Shown here in pieces: positions 19,624-29,709 of a stretch of DNA of 64,000 bases. A program made the translations under genes and the position numbers. Positions within the stretch are counted from its first letter, which is position 1. Every line of letters starts with the position of its first letter. The notes under the pieces are model-generated. The model had not been told where the DNA came from and did not search any database. It saw nothing but the letters and a program-made list of their open reading frames with translations. The stretch is from Chlamydiia bacterium. GTDB lineage: Bacteria; Chlamydiota; Chlamydiia; Chlamydiales; GCA-2402025. Location: positions 605,298 through 669,297 of the forward strand of contig JAUICV010000001.1 of the NCBI GenBank assembly GCA_030427725.1, given 5' to 3'.

Positions 19624-20890
19624 AAAATCAACACTCACTGGCTCTATTACAGTGCCCCCATCTAAATCTCATACGATGAGAGCCTTGATCTTTGCCTTAA
19701 TGGCTGATGGACAATCTACCATCAGAAACTACTTAAATTCTCCTGACACTGACGCTCTACTTTTGTCTATGGAAAAGCTTGGGGCTAAGATTAAAAAAAC
19801 TAAAGACTATATTACCGTTGAAGGGGTTGATAATGCTTCTTTTCAAGATTCTCAAGTCATTGACTGTAACAACTCAGGAATCGCTCTACGTTTTTTAACT
19901 GCCATTAGCTGTTTACAGAAAGTGAAGATTTCAATGACAGGAGATGAATCTCTACAAAATCAAAGACCCATGAAGCCTTTGATTGAAGCTTTGAAAAAAC
20001 TTGGAGCAAAATTTACATTTGAGAAAAAAGAGTATTTCTGTCCCTTTACAATTACACAAGGCATCGACAAATCCGAAACAACTGTAGAGGGTTCAGACTC
20101 TCAATTTGTTTCGGCATTACTTTTGATGGGCGCTTTTTCTGAAAACCCGTTTACTTTAAATGTTACGTCTCCTGGAGAGATTCCCTGGGTTAAACTAACC
20201 CTTTATTGGCTTGATAAATTTAACATCCCCTACAAAGTAAATAAGGCATTTACAAGATACCGTATTTACCCCACAAAAAAGTTTCATGGATTTGAGTATA
20301 CGGTACCATCTGATTTAAGCTCTGCAGCTTTCCCCATAGTTGGAGCTTTAATCACCAACTCAGAAATCACCTTAAATCACATCGACTTAAATGACCCTCA
20401 AGGTGATAAAAAGCTTATTTCAGTATTAAGCTCCATGGGAGCGAATTTTAGTTATGATAAAAACAAACAAACCTTGAAAGTACATAGAAGCCCTGCTCTT
20501 CAAGGGAAGAAAATCGACATGAACGATTTTATCGATGGAATTTGTGTGATGGCAATTATTGGATGTTTTGCGGAAGGTAAAACAACACTTTATAACGCAT
20601 CAATAGCAAGAACAAAAGAATGCAACAGACTAAGTGCCATGGAAACTGAATTAAAAAAAATGGGAGCTAACATAACTCAAACTAAAGATGGATTGGAGAT
20701 TTTTCCATCAAAGTTAAAAGGTGCTACGCTACATAGCTACTTTGATCATCGAGTGATATTATCTTTATCTGTAGCAGCTCTTGGAGTGGATGGGCAAACC
20801 GTTATATCACCATCCGATCCCATAACAAAAACATACTCTACCTTTGTGGAAGATTTTAAAAATATGTCCGCCCATATAAAGGTTTTATAG
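19604..20890 (+). CDS. aroA: 3-phosphoshikimate 1-carboxyvinyltransferase (EPSP synthase)
   Basis: PPSKSHTMRALIFA, NNSGIALRFL, 428 aa. TTG start overlapping aroB by 20 nt. Confidence 0.9.
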   Translation: MSSLSIEKSTLTGSITVPPSKSHTMRALIFALMADGQSTIRNYLNSPDTDALLLSMEKLGAKIKKTKDYITVEGVDNASFQDSQVIDCNNSGIALRFLTAISCLQKVKISMTGDESLQNQRPMKPLIEALKKLGAKFTFEKKEYFCPFTITQGIDKSETTVEGSDSQFVSALLLMGAFSENPFTLNVTSPGEIPWVKLTLYWLDKFNIPYKVNKAFTRYRIYPTKKFHGFEYTVPSDLSSAAFPIVGALITNSEITLNHIDLNDPQGDKKLISVLSSMGANFSYDKNKQTLKVHRSPALQGKKIDMNDFIDGICVMAIIGCFAEGKTTLYNASIARTKECNRLSAMETELKKMGANITQTKDGLEIFPSKLKGATLHSYFDHRVILSLSVAALGVDGQTVISPSDPITKTYSTFVEDFKNMSAHIKVL

Positions 20891-21435
20891 TGAATCTAAT
20901 CTTGTTTGGGTTTAAATCATCTGGGAAAAGTTATTATGGAAAGCTTTTAGCCTCCCATCTAAACTGTCCATTCATTGATACTGATCAATTAATTGAGCAA
21001 GAATTTAACGAGCAAACAGGACTCGGTTTTTCATGTTATATGATTAATAAAACCTATGGGAACGATTATTTCCGATCTTTAGAAAAAAAAATCATACAGC
21101 AACTAAGTCCTGCACAAAATTCAATCATCTCCTTAGGTGGAGGTACTATTTTATCTCGAAGATCTCAAAATATCTTAAAAAAAATGGGTCTTTTAATTTT
21201 TTTAGACACTCCCAAAAAGATTCTATTTACAAGGCTTTTAAAGGCTAAAAATTTTCCTAGTTTTTTAGACAGCGACAACCGGGAAACCTCGTTTTTAGAA
21301 CATTTTGAGCAAAGATACCCCCTTTATAACTCCCTATTTGATTATAAAATCGATATAAGCACAAAAAGTGATGCTATGGTTTTACAAGAATTGAAAGACC
21401 TATACTTTAAAGGAACGAAATTTAATGTCATATAA
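20890..21435 (+). CDS. aroK: shikimate kinase
   Basis: Walker A GFKSSGKS, DTDQLIE, GGG lid. GTG start shares 1 nt with the aroA stop. Confidence 0.85.
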   Translation: MNLILFGFKSSGKSYYGKLLASHLNCPFIDTDQLIEQEFNEQTGLGFSCYMINKTYGNDYFRSLEKKIIQQLSPAQNSIISLGGGTILSRRSQNILKKMGLLIFLDTPKKILFTRLLKAKNFPSFLDSDNRETSFLEHFEQRYPLYNSLFDYKIDISTKSDAMVLQELKDLYFKGTKFNVI

Positions 21436-22528
21436 TAGTTTTGGAAAGATATTCCGCATCACCACTTGGGGTGAGTCCCATGGAAAAGCTTTAGGCGTTG
21501 TCATTGATGGTTGTCCTGCAGGTCTAGAGATTGATGAAAGCATTATCAATTCTGAGTTAACCCTTAGACAAGGAGGAAAAACTTCTTACACCACACCGAG
21601 GAAAGAGCCCGATATAGCTGAGATCTATTCTGGAATCTTTGAAGGAAAAACAACTGGAGCACCTATTTCCATTATTATAGAAAATAAGGCCTTTGACTCT
21701 AGTAAATATGACACAGTAAAAGACCTGATTAAACCAGGTCATGCTAACTACACTTACTTAAAAAAATATGGCCTTTTTGATCATCGTGGAAGTGGTCGAT
21801 CGTCTGCTAGAGAAACGGTTTGTAGAGTAGCTGCCGGAGCAGTTGCAAAAAAACTATTAGAAAGAGCCAATATCAAGCTTTGCGCTTATTTACACCAAGT
21901 TGGAAACATTAGCTCTAGCATAAACCTAGAAACTCATATTCAAGAAATCAAAACTAAAAGAAATCAAAGTCCTATTTTTTGCCCAGACCCTACTGCATCA
22001 AAAAGCATGATGAACCTTATTGAAACAAGCCTTAATGATAATGATTCTATTGGCGGAATAGTCAGGTTAATCTCATCCCCGTTGCCCGTTGGATTAGGAG
22101 AACCACTTTATTATAAATTTGAAGCTATTTTAGCATCGGCTATGATGAGCATCCCAGCTTCTAAAGGTTTTGAGATAGGATCTGGATTTGCAGCTGCGTC
22201 CTTTAAAGGATCTCAACATAATGACATTCCAACTGTAGATGAGGATAACAACGTAACATTTAACTCAAACAACTCTGGTGGTGTTTTAGGAGGAATTTCA
22301 AACGGCATGCCCTTAGATGTAAAAGTAGCCTTCAAGCCAACATCTTCTATCAAAAAACCTCAAGGTACACTTGATCACAATCTATCGAAACAGGTGTTTA
22401 ATCTTCCGAAAGGATCTAAGCATGATCCATGTGTTGCAATCAGAGCTGTTCCAATTGTTGAATCAATGGCTGCCATTGTCTTGGCAGACCTTATGCTTTG
22501 CATGGGTCATTCAAAAATAGACTCTTAA
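21425..22528 (+). CDS. aroC: chorismate synthase
   Basis: FRITTWGESHGKALGVVIDGCPAGL, RSSARET, 367 aa. Overlaps aroK by 11 nt. Confidence 0.9.
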   Translation: MSYNSFGKIFRITTWGESHGKALGVVIDGCPAGLEIDESIINSELTLRQGGKTSYTTPRKEPDIAEIYSGIFEGKTTGAPISIIIENKAFDSSKYDTVKDLIKPGHANYTYLKKYGLFDHRGSGRSSARETVCRVAAGAVAKKLLERANIKLCAYLHQVGNISSSINLETHIQEIKTKRNQSPIFCPDPTASKSMMNLIETSLNDNDSIGGIVRLISSPLPVGLGEPLYYKFEAILASAMMSIPASKGFEIGSGFAAASFKGSQHNDIPTVDEDNNVTFNSNNSGGVLGGISNGMPLDVKVAFKPTSSIKKPQGTLDHNLSKQVFNLPKGSKHDPCVAIRAVPIVESMAAIVLADLMLCMGHSKIDS

Positions 22529-23075
22529 AAAAACTCTAAGATTTACACTATCAAGCTAGTTTCGCGAGAATCTCTTGCGTTCTAGCCACTATACGTAATG
22601 GAGGTCCGATGGAACCTTCTGAGTTTTCATATTCATCATTTGTTTGATAGAAAAAACCCTCGTTAACAACTTATAATTAGACACTTACATTACATCGATT
22701 AAGTTAGCGATTTATAGAAAGAATCCAACATTGCGTGTCTGTGGCGATTAAATAAATATAAAACTTTACACAATAAACGGTATGTAAATTTTTAAGTTTA
22801 CAATTGAAGAAATCAATTAATGGTTTATAAAAAAAATTAATCTATTTAAGAGCTAACAAACAAGCGTCTGGTTTAATTATTTTTTTGAATATTGATTCAT
22901 GAATTTTGATTTATTGTATTTATTTTTTTGAAACTTAAAATAAAAAAAACAATAACACAACAACTTAAAATTTAAATAATTATAGTTTTTAATTTTGTGT
23001 TTTTATTTAAAATTAAATGATAAAATAAAACTAATTATAATTATTATATTTAATAAAAAATAAAAGGTGTTTGAT

Positions 23076-23948
23076 ATGACTACAAGCAGCGGATTATATC
23101 CAGATACTAGTCAACTTACGCGGGAACTAGATTCTCCTCCTGCATATACGTTTACAAAACCAAGTTCTAATTTCAAGACAGGTCAATCTTATAATCGTGA
23201 GCCAAGCGCTCCTCCTATGCCCCCTTCATTTAATCAATTTGAACCTAGCGCTCCTCCTATGCCAAATAATTTCTATAGCCCCCAACCTAGTGCACCTTTC
23301 CGCCCAGTGAACTATCCTCAACATTCGTACACTCAAAGAAAAACTCTCAGCGAGCATCTTAAGCCCGTCGCAGACGCTACCAGCTCTGTTTTTAATGGAA
23401 TAGCCCTTCGCGTTAACGACTTTAGAAAGCAGTTTAATGAACTCCAGGAAAAAAGTGATATAAGTCTAGGTTTTAAATGGCGTCATTTAGGTCATGATTT
23501 TAGTGACAGAAATAGGTATAAATTAACAACTGAAGAAAATTCAGGAACTTTTTACCCTTTCCAAACAAATAATGAACTGCGCCTGAGTCATGTAGCTCTT
23601 CTTGTAGCTAATATACCTTTTAAAGTTTTCAATCTAGCTTCTGTAGTGATAGAAAAGGTATTAAGACTTACCTTTATTACTGATATTTTTAAAGCAGGAC
23701 TAGAAGAGAGCAAAACTCCTAAATACTCTTTAAAGCAAAGAGCTATCATGTGGGTAAAAGATCTAGCTACAATTCCAGCAGCTATTATTTCTACAGCGTT
23801 ATTTCCTGTGATTAATCTTTTAGGAGCCACCCTTAGACCTAAAGATTGCAGAAGGTTATATGACCTTCTTGATCAAGCTGCACCAAAAACCTCCATGAAA
23901 CCTGTTCAAAAGCTTGAAATTAAACTTGAGAGTTTTATACCAGTTTAG
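23076..23948 (+). CDS. hypothetical proline-rich protein with C-terminal hydrophobic segments
   Basis: ATG 23076 preceded by aaaagg (the ORF track starts at GTG 23067). Repeated (E)PSAPPMP / PSAPFRP motifs at 23197-23300. Amphipathic/hydrophobic C-terminal half. Confidence 0.55.
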   Translation: MTTSSGLYPDTSQLTRELDSPPAYTFTKPSSNFKTGQSYNREPSAPPMPPSFNQFEPSAPPMPNNFYSPQPSAPFRPVNYPQHSYTQRKTLSEHLKPVADATSSVFNGIALRVNDFRKQFNELQEKSDISLGFKWRHLGHDFSDRNRYKLTTEENSGTFYPFQTNNELRLSHVALLVANIPFKVFNLASVVIEKVLRLTFITDIFKAGLEESKTPKYSLKQRAIMWVKDLATIPAAIISTALFPVINLLGATLRPKDCRRLYDLLDQAAPKTSMKPVQKLEIKLESFIPV

Positions 23949-23984
23949 AGAAAGTTAAAGACTACTTTTAAACTTTAGGTTCGC

Positions 23985-24887
23985 TTGAGACATTTCAAAT
24001 TAACAACAGTGATAAGTTTTTGCAGCCTCGATGCTAGATTTTTACCTTTTTGCATCGAAGCTGCTTTAAAATTTTCTGATGAGATAATCATTCCAGTTTG
24101 CGATCATTTCTATGATGGTTCTCCAGAAAACCTTCCTCTTTTAAATCAAATCTATCTCAGTTACCCAAATGTAAAATTTGTCCAATTTGCCTATCAGAAA
24201 GATAAAATTTATGGAGTCGAGTTAGAGAAATCTAAAGAAGACTTAGACTGGAGTAGGCTTTGGACTGCTTCTTCGAGGTATTTAGGCTATTTTTTTTCCT
24301 CAGATCCCGACTATATTCTATTTTTAGATGCTGATGAAATCATTGAACCCAACCTTTTTCTAAACTGGCTTGATACGCTTTTAGAAAAACCCTACGAGCT
24401 CTACCTATTCCTAGCATATGCCTATTTTAGATCACCTCTCTATCAATCTACACAGTTTCAAAACACTTCACTTTTGGCAAAAAGAAGCTGCCTTGATAAA
24501 CAGAAGCTTTTGCTCCCCGATGAGAGGTTAGGGCTTTTTGATTTACACAATGGTTCTAAAAAAAAAATAGCGCTCAGCTCATGCTCAAAGCCTATGGTTC
24601 ATCACTATAGCTGGTCTAGAACAAAAGAAGAGCTATTAAAAAAAACCAAATGTTGGGGTCACCACTTTGAAAAAGATTGGTCAAACCTTATTGAAAATGA
24701 ATTTAAAGGTTCATTTTCTGGTAAGGACTTTTGGTCAAAAAGCTCCTATAAAACACTGGAAAAGCCTATTCACAACGTACTTTCTCCTCCCAAATTCAAA
24801 AGGATTGCAACCTCATTAAATCATGTTAGAAAGATTGATTATGAAATGTTTTATTACTTAGAAACAAAACGAGAGTTTAATCTTTGA
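23985..24887 (+). CDS. putative glycosyltransferase (GT-A-like, DxD 'LDADE')
   Basis: 300-aa ORF, TTG start. ..TVISFCSLD.. N-terminus and FLDADEII motif resemble GT-A fold enzymes. Weak assignment. Confidence 0.35.
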   Translation: MRHFKLTTVISFCSLDARFLPFCIEAALKFSDEIIIPVCDHFYDGSPENLPLLNQIYLSYPNVKFVQFAYQKDKIYGVELEKSKEDLDWSRLWTASSRYLGYFFSSDPDYILFLDADEIIEPNLFLNWLDTLLEKPYELYLFLAYAYFRSPLYQSTQFQNTSLLAKRSCLDKQKLLLPDERLGLFDLHNGSKKKIALSSCSKPMVHHYSWSRTKEELLKKTKCWGHHFEKDWSNLIENEFKGSFSGKDFWSKSSYKTLEKPIHNVLSPPKFKRIATSLNHVRKIDYEMFYYLETKREFNL

Positions 24888-26793
24888 GAGAAGAAAATAG
24901 GCTTGGAAAATCCCTTTTAGCTTCTTTTGTGCTCACCTTTATTTCTTTCCCATTTTGATACATCGTAAGAAATTTAATCCGACGTTTGCGAGAAGATAAG
25001 CCTTCAGAAAATTTCATATAAAGTCTAACTTTTCCGTTATCTGCTACAAAATAATTTGGCCTTTTACAAGTGTTATACCTAGCTGAAATAGCATAGCGCT
25101 TTTGTGGAGTTAACAAGAGAGAATCTCCCTCAAAATATTTATTAAAATCACTAGAAGATGTCAGGTAATGAATAAGGGTTGGAAAAATATCTATATGTGA
25201 TGCGACACCAATTGTTGTCTTTGATTTACGTAAGCCAAGCTTAAGATAAAGAGGTACCTTGGTTTGCATCTCAGACAAGTTCGAGGCATGAAAAAGCTTT
25301 CCTTGTTCCTTAAATTCTTCCCCATGGTCCCCCGTAAATACAACGATAGATTCATCATAAATTTTCTCACTTTTCAAAGTGGAAACAAAGTCTCCAAAAA
25401 GCGAATCAATAAAAAAGATTGAATTTTTGTATCGATTTTTTATTCCATCTAAGGCTTTTGGAGATGACGATAAATAGGTTGCTATAGTCAATTTATCTGG
25501 GCAATCAAAGGGAACTTTCAAATCTTTCGGCCAACTATATGTAAAATGAGTGGAATCCAAAAAGACAATAAACACCTGCCCCTTTTTGTACTTCCTTTCT
25601 TTAAGCTTCGATGTGAGGCTTTTCATAACGTCTTGGTCGCTATTTGCAGGTGTTATTTCACCTTTATGAGGATAATGCTCGTATGAATTAGCGAGATAAC
25701 TATTTGTTCCAAATAAGACATCTCTAAGACCAAAATATCTAAGCTCTGCTGCTGTTAGAACGTTAATATCATATCCCATTTTTTTTAACAGTTTTAGAGG
25801 TGGAGAGCCTTTTGAAAATGTTTTGTTAGCCATGTAAGACCACAGAAATGGATAGTGGCTGTAGAAAATTGAAAACCATGACAGATGCGAGGCGTTCGAG
25901 TTTGAAAAAGAATTTTGGACAGCTAAAGCGTCTTCTTTAAATTGCAGCAAATTGCTAGCCGTTTTTTCTGTTAAAAACTCTTCTCTTAAACTCTCTGCAA
26001 CAAAAAGATAAATATTTGGCTTATCTTGTGAAATAACGTTCACATCTTCAATAGCCTCATACAGACCTGCTAAGTCCTCATGAAAATGAAAAGGGTTTGT
26101 CTCGAGTTGTGCTTTTCTATTTTCTTTTAAAAAGGTCATTTTCCAAGGAAGCATTTTTTTATGAGCGTTATATTCCGAACTTCTCAGCTGATATGAGACA
26201 AAAAAATCGATAGCTAAGAGAAATAAAGGAACAATGAACACACTCTTGATCAAATAACCTTTTTTGATACGAAAACTTGTCTTTTTGAACCATTTATCAG
26301 ACAAAATATAAAAAGCGACGCTAACTAGGGAGATTAGACCTGCAAGAACAAAAGAAACTGACAGCTGATATAGTCCTATCTCAGATAAATGAATCACTTC
26401 GATAAAGTTGCTAAGGGATGCTCCAAAAAACAAATTAAAAATCTCTAGAATGGAAACATCCATAATGCGGACTGTAATCAATTCTGCAATCATAACAAAA
26501 AAACAAAAAGTCACAATCGCAATAAACCCATAATAGATCTTTAAGATTCTCTTTTTCTTTATGAAAGATGCCACAAGGATTAGAAGTGATAGCTCTACAA
26601 CAGTCTGCCCTAAGCTATGTAAAATAAAAAAGCTTTTAGCAAGATATGAAGAGCTTTCTATGATGGTAATATGGAAAAGGTTGATAATGAGAAAAGCTAA
26701 GCAAAACAAACCGAAGAATACATAGTTTACATCTATTTTAGCTTCGAACAAACGTCTTATAAATTTTCTAAGTCTATTTTTTTTATTCAACAT
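24877..26793 (-). CDS. membrane-anchored alkaline-phosphatase/sulfatase-superfamily transferase (LtaS / phosphoglycerol- or phosphoethanolamine-transferase-like)
   Basis: N-terminal ~5 TM helices, then an extracytoplasmic domain with NIYLFVAESLRE and TGDHGEEF (metal/nucleophile motifs of the sulfatase fold). Confidence 0.65.
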   Translation of the reverse strand: MLNKKNRLRKFIRRLFEAKIDVNYVFFGLFCLAFLIINLFHITIIESSSYLAKSFFILHSLGQTVVELSLLILVASFIKKKRILKIYYGFIAIVTFCFFVMIAELITVRIMDVSILEIFNLFFGASLSNFIEVIHLSEIGLYQLSVSFVLAGLISLVSVAFYILSDKWFKKTSFRIKKGYLIKSVFIVPLFLLAIDFFVSYQLRSSEYNAHKKMLPWKMTFLKENRKAQLETNPFHFHEDLAGLYEAIEDVNVISQDKPNIYLFVAESLREEFLTEKTASNLLQFKEDALAVQNSFSNSNASHLSWFSIFYSHYPFLWSYMANKTFSKGSPPLKLLKKMGYDINVLTAAELRYFGLRDVLFGTNSYLANSYEHYPHKGEITPANSDQDVMKSLTSKLKERKYKKGQVFIVFLDSTHFTYSWPKDLKVPFDCPDKLTIATYLSSSPKALDGIKNRYKNSIFFIDSLFGDFVSTLKSEKIYDESIVVFTGDHGEEFKEQGKLFHASNLSEMQTKVPLYLKLGLRKSKTTIGVASHIDIFPTLIHYLTSSSDFNKYFEGDSLLLTPQKRYAISARYNTCKRPNYFVADNGKVRLYMKFSEGLSSRKRRIKFLTMYQNGKEIKVSTKEAKRDFPSLFSSLKD

Positions 26794-26918
26794 GAAGCTA
26801 TTTACCTTTCAGACTCTCTTTAAACACATTAATTATAATCAAACAAAACTATTGTCAATAAAATATAATTATTTTAATAAATTAAATTAAGGGTTAATAG
26901 TTTTTTGAGCATGAATTT

Positions 26919-27665
26919 ATGAAAGTATTTTGGTCTGTTTTTATTGGTATATTGATTGTAATATTTTCCGTTATCTTCTTCGGATGGAGTTATGTACCAT
27001 CTTACATATCTAGCGCATTGTCTGCTAAGGCAAAAGTTCCAGTTTCAATTAGCTATATTTCAGTAACTCCAAATTCAATTAACATTTCAGACCTTCGGAT
27101 TCGTAACCCTAAAGGGAGCATTTTACCAATGGCTCTAAAAGCCAAAAAAACCGTCTCTAGAGCCCCTATAATGACTTACTTTAAGGATCATGTACTTATT
27201 GACGAAATAGCCCTTAATGGGTGTTATTTAGGCTTAGAATTTGAATCAGCATTAAACTCAAATGGAAATTGGTCTACGATTATCAATAATTTGAGATCCT
27301 CTATGCAAACTGACTCCAAAGCTGCTAAAGGCAACAAAACAGTCCTTATAAAGAAGCTAATTGTCAGGAATTTAAATATAGACCTAGTCTTTAGGCAAAA
27401 TAATCAAGGCGTTAGAAGACTCAATCCAGTTTCTTATATGGAGTTTAACAATATTTCTTCAGAAGGTGGATTTCCTACTTCACAAATTATGAATCTCATA
27501 ATGTCTGAAATCTTAAGAGAGGTCTTTAGTAAAGAAAATCTGATGAATATGCTCCGAGATACCATAAAATCACCTGGAAGAAGCGGTACCGATGTCTTCG
27601 ATAGCTTGAAATCTCTGTTTTCATCCCAAGAAAACACTTCTACAAGAGCACCATTTAAGCTGTAA
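26919..27665 (+). CDS. hypothetical N-terminally anchored protein (AsmA/DUF748-like flavour)
   Basis: 248 aa, single N-terminal TM (VFWSVFIGILIVIFSVIFF), beta-rich remainder. No firm family. Confidence 0.45.
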   Translation: MKVFWSVFIGILIVIFSVIFFGWSYVPSYISSALSAKAKVPVSISYISVTPNSINISDLRIRNPKGSILPMALKAKKTVSRAPIMTYFKDHVLIDEIALNGCYLGLEFESALNSNGNWSTIINNLRSSMQTDSKAAKGNKTVLIKKLIVRNLNIDLVFRQNNQGVRRLNPVSYMEFNNISSEGGFPTSQIMNLIMSEILREVFSKENLMNMLRDTIKSPGRSGTDVFDSLKSLFSSQENTSTRAPFKL

Positions 27666-28929
27666 CAACTTCTAGTTCAGACTGCTCGTCTAGTTTTTCG
27701 TTTTTTTCTTTAGAGCGCTGACATGAGCCAACAGCTTTAAAGACACCAGCTCCCCCAGCAACGCTTGCTGCAAGAGGTAATAAGTATCCAGACATGTAAA
27801 GGCTGATCAATAACTTTCCAAGAGAAAGAGTTAAAACCCCAGTTGAGATCAATCCAGATATAGATTGTTGATAGGTCTTATGAACCTTCTCTAGCATCTG
27901 TTTTTCTTCATCGGTCTTTGGAGATGTTGTTACATGTAAAAGACTTTTTCCACTAAATGATGTAACAGTAGAAAACACTTTTCTTGTCGCAAGCCTTACA
28001 GTTTGCGCTAATGCTCCATCGATTGGTTTAGCGCTAATAAGCGCACCGCCATAACCCATCGAAGAAAGTGCTATATTCACAACACTCGTCTCTGAGCTTT
28101 TTGCAAAAAAAGAATAAAGGTTTTGAAGCGCTGGAGCAAACCCAATCATCCCTACTAAATATCTCAAAACACCTTCGCTAGGGATGTACTTTGTAACAGA
28201 TGGCGATAATAGTTTTGATATATAGGGAATATTAAATGAAAATGAGATAGTCGCTAAGCCTTCTAAAGCCCCCGCAAACACACCTAAAGCCTTAGCTTTA
28301 GTTATATCTGATGGTTGCATGCCAAAAACAGATGTATCTTCAAGCTTGTTAGCTGTCTTAGTTAACTCTTTAAGTTCCGCATCTAGCTTTATTAGCTGCT
28401 CTTTTACTCGTTCACGATCTGAACTTTCTTCTGAGTTTATACTGTTTATAAAATCTATTGTACCATCTAATTCTTCATCAAATCCTGTGTCTATTCCCTC
28501 ATCTTCAATTTCTTTACTTTGCTGAAAAGTAGTTTTATTCAGAGTATTGTGCTCAATGTTTTTATCTAAACCTTGCCTGACATGACCGACAGTCATGGTA
28601 GGATCACTAACTGCTTGTAAAGCTAAATCTTTAACGCTAGTTTGTCTAAGATCATCTAGTTCCCTTTCTTTTGTGATCGGAGACTCAATTTCTACCTTAC
28701 CTGGAAAAAGCTTATACATTCCGAAAAGGTTCCCTAAACCAATAAAAACATTACAAGCCACATAAAGAATTTTTTTTATAATCGAAGTGCTCTCATCAAC
28801 CTTTAGATAGCTCCATTTGCGAGCCTTATATGTGGTACTAGTTTTTTCAGGTATTTCATATCTAGAAATACAGTCGTGAGCCAATTCAGGTGTTTTGACT
28901 AGATGTAGTTCAGTCATATTATTATCCAA
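27655..28929 (-). CDS. hypothetical membrane protein (Inc-like hydrophobic lobes, acidic coiled-coil middle)
   Basis: 424-aa ORF (TTG 28929; ATG at 28917). TM near residue 55. C-terminal paired hydrophobic stretch ISTGVLTLSLGKLLISLYMSGYLLPLAASVAGGAGVF. Confidence 0.5.
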   Translation of the reverse strand: MDNNMTELHLVKTPELAHDCISRYEIPEKTSTTYKARKWSYLKVDESTSIIKKILYVACNVFIGLGNLFGMYKLFPGKVEIESPITKERELDDLRQTSVKDLALQAVSDPTMTVGHVRQGLDKNIEHNTLNKTTFQQSKEIEDEGIDTGFDEELDGTIDFINSINSEESSDRERVKEQLIKLDAELKELTKTANKLEDTSVFGMQPSDITKAKALGVFAGALEGLATISFSFNIPYISKLLSPSVTKYIPSEGVLRYLVGMIGFAPALQNLYSFFAKSSETSVVNIALSSMGYGGALISAKPIDGALAQTVRLATRKVFSTVTSFSGKSLLHVTTSPKTDEEKQMLEKVHKTYQQSISGLISTGVLTLSLGKLLISLYMSGYLLPLAASVAGGAGVFKAVGSCQRSKEKNEKLDEQSELEVVTA

Positions 28930-29124
28930 ATATTATAATTTTTATATATATTATAAAAAATATAACTTTAATTATTAACAATAATTATAATTAAATTAAT
29001 TACATTACACTAATTGTTAAATCATTATTTTAACTAGGGTGGCAGCGTAATTAATTCAAATTATTATTTTACACAAAAAGGGGGGATGTAGATCAGCTGT
29101 AGAAAAAAAATTATAGATTACGGT

Positions 29125-29709
29125 ATGAGATGTAGTATTTCATTTAAGTTTAAAAAAGGCCTTATCCCAATGAGTCACGTATTTAATTCAATAGTTTCCA
29201 TCTCTTTGTTAGCTAGTGGTTTATGCATATCAGGAGAGTCTAGCTCATCCAAAACAACAACGGTAGAAGCACCTTCAACTATTTCAACCCAAACAGCCCT
29301 TGTTCAGCAGTTTTTTAACGCATACTCAAGTAATAACGTATCTGAACTCAGTCAAATTATGGCAAAAGATTACTCTATAGAAAATGCATCAGATATTCAT
29401 GAAATTACCTATAGTAAATACTCTGAAATGAGCAAGAACATCAAAGTGAGAGCTAGCGCTATGCATAAAGCCCTCCCAAACTTCTCTTTAGATGTCAAAG
29501 AGGTTTTTTCAAACGGTAACAAGGTGTTTGCAAAAACTGTCATTTCTGGGCTGCAGAAAGGGCAGTTTTTAGGAACAGTTCCAAGTAACAAACCAATTCA
29601 CATCCACATCTACTCAGTCTTTACAATTAAAAACGATAAAATTGTGAAGATCTCCGAGATGTGGAACGAACTCAGTATTATGAAGCAACTTGGTTGTGTT
29701 GTTTTATAG
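29125..29709 (+). CDS. exported SnoaL-like / ester-cyclase-family protein
   Basis: C-terminal ..IHIHIYSVFTIKNDKIVKISEMWNELSIMKQLG typical of the SnoaL-like ester cyclase family. Signal peptide after the alternative start ATG 29170 (MSHVFNSIVSISLLASGLC). Confidence 0.5.
   Translation: MRCSISFKFKKGLIPMSHVFNSIVSISLLASGLCISGESSSSKTTTVEAPSTISTQTALVQQFFNAYSSNNVSELSQIMAKDYSIENASDIHEITYSKYSEMSKNIKVRASAMHKALPNFSLDVKEVFSNGNKVFAKTVISGLQKGQFLGTVPSNKPIHIHIYSVFTIKNDKIVKISEMWNELSIMKQLGCVVL

Noticed and set aside
22555-22586. Hairpin after aroC (GCTAG..CGCGAG-AATCT-CTTGCG..CTAGC), considered as the operon terminator
   Set aside because: It has no U-tract after the stem, so I do not list it as a terminator feature. 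It is kept only as part of the AT-rich spacer finding.
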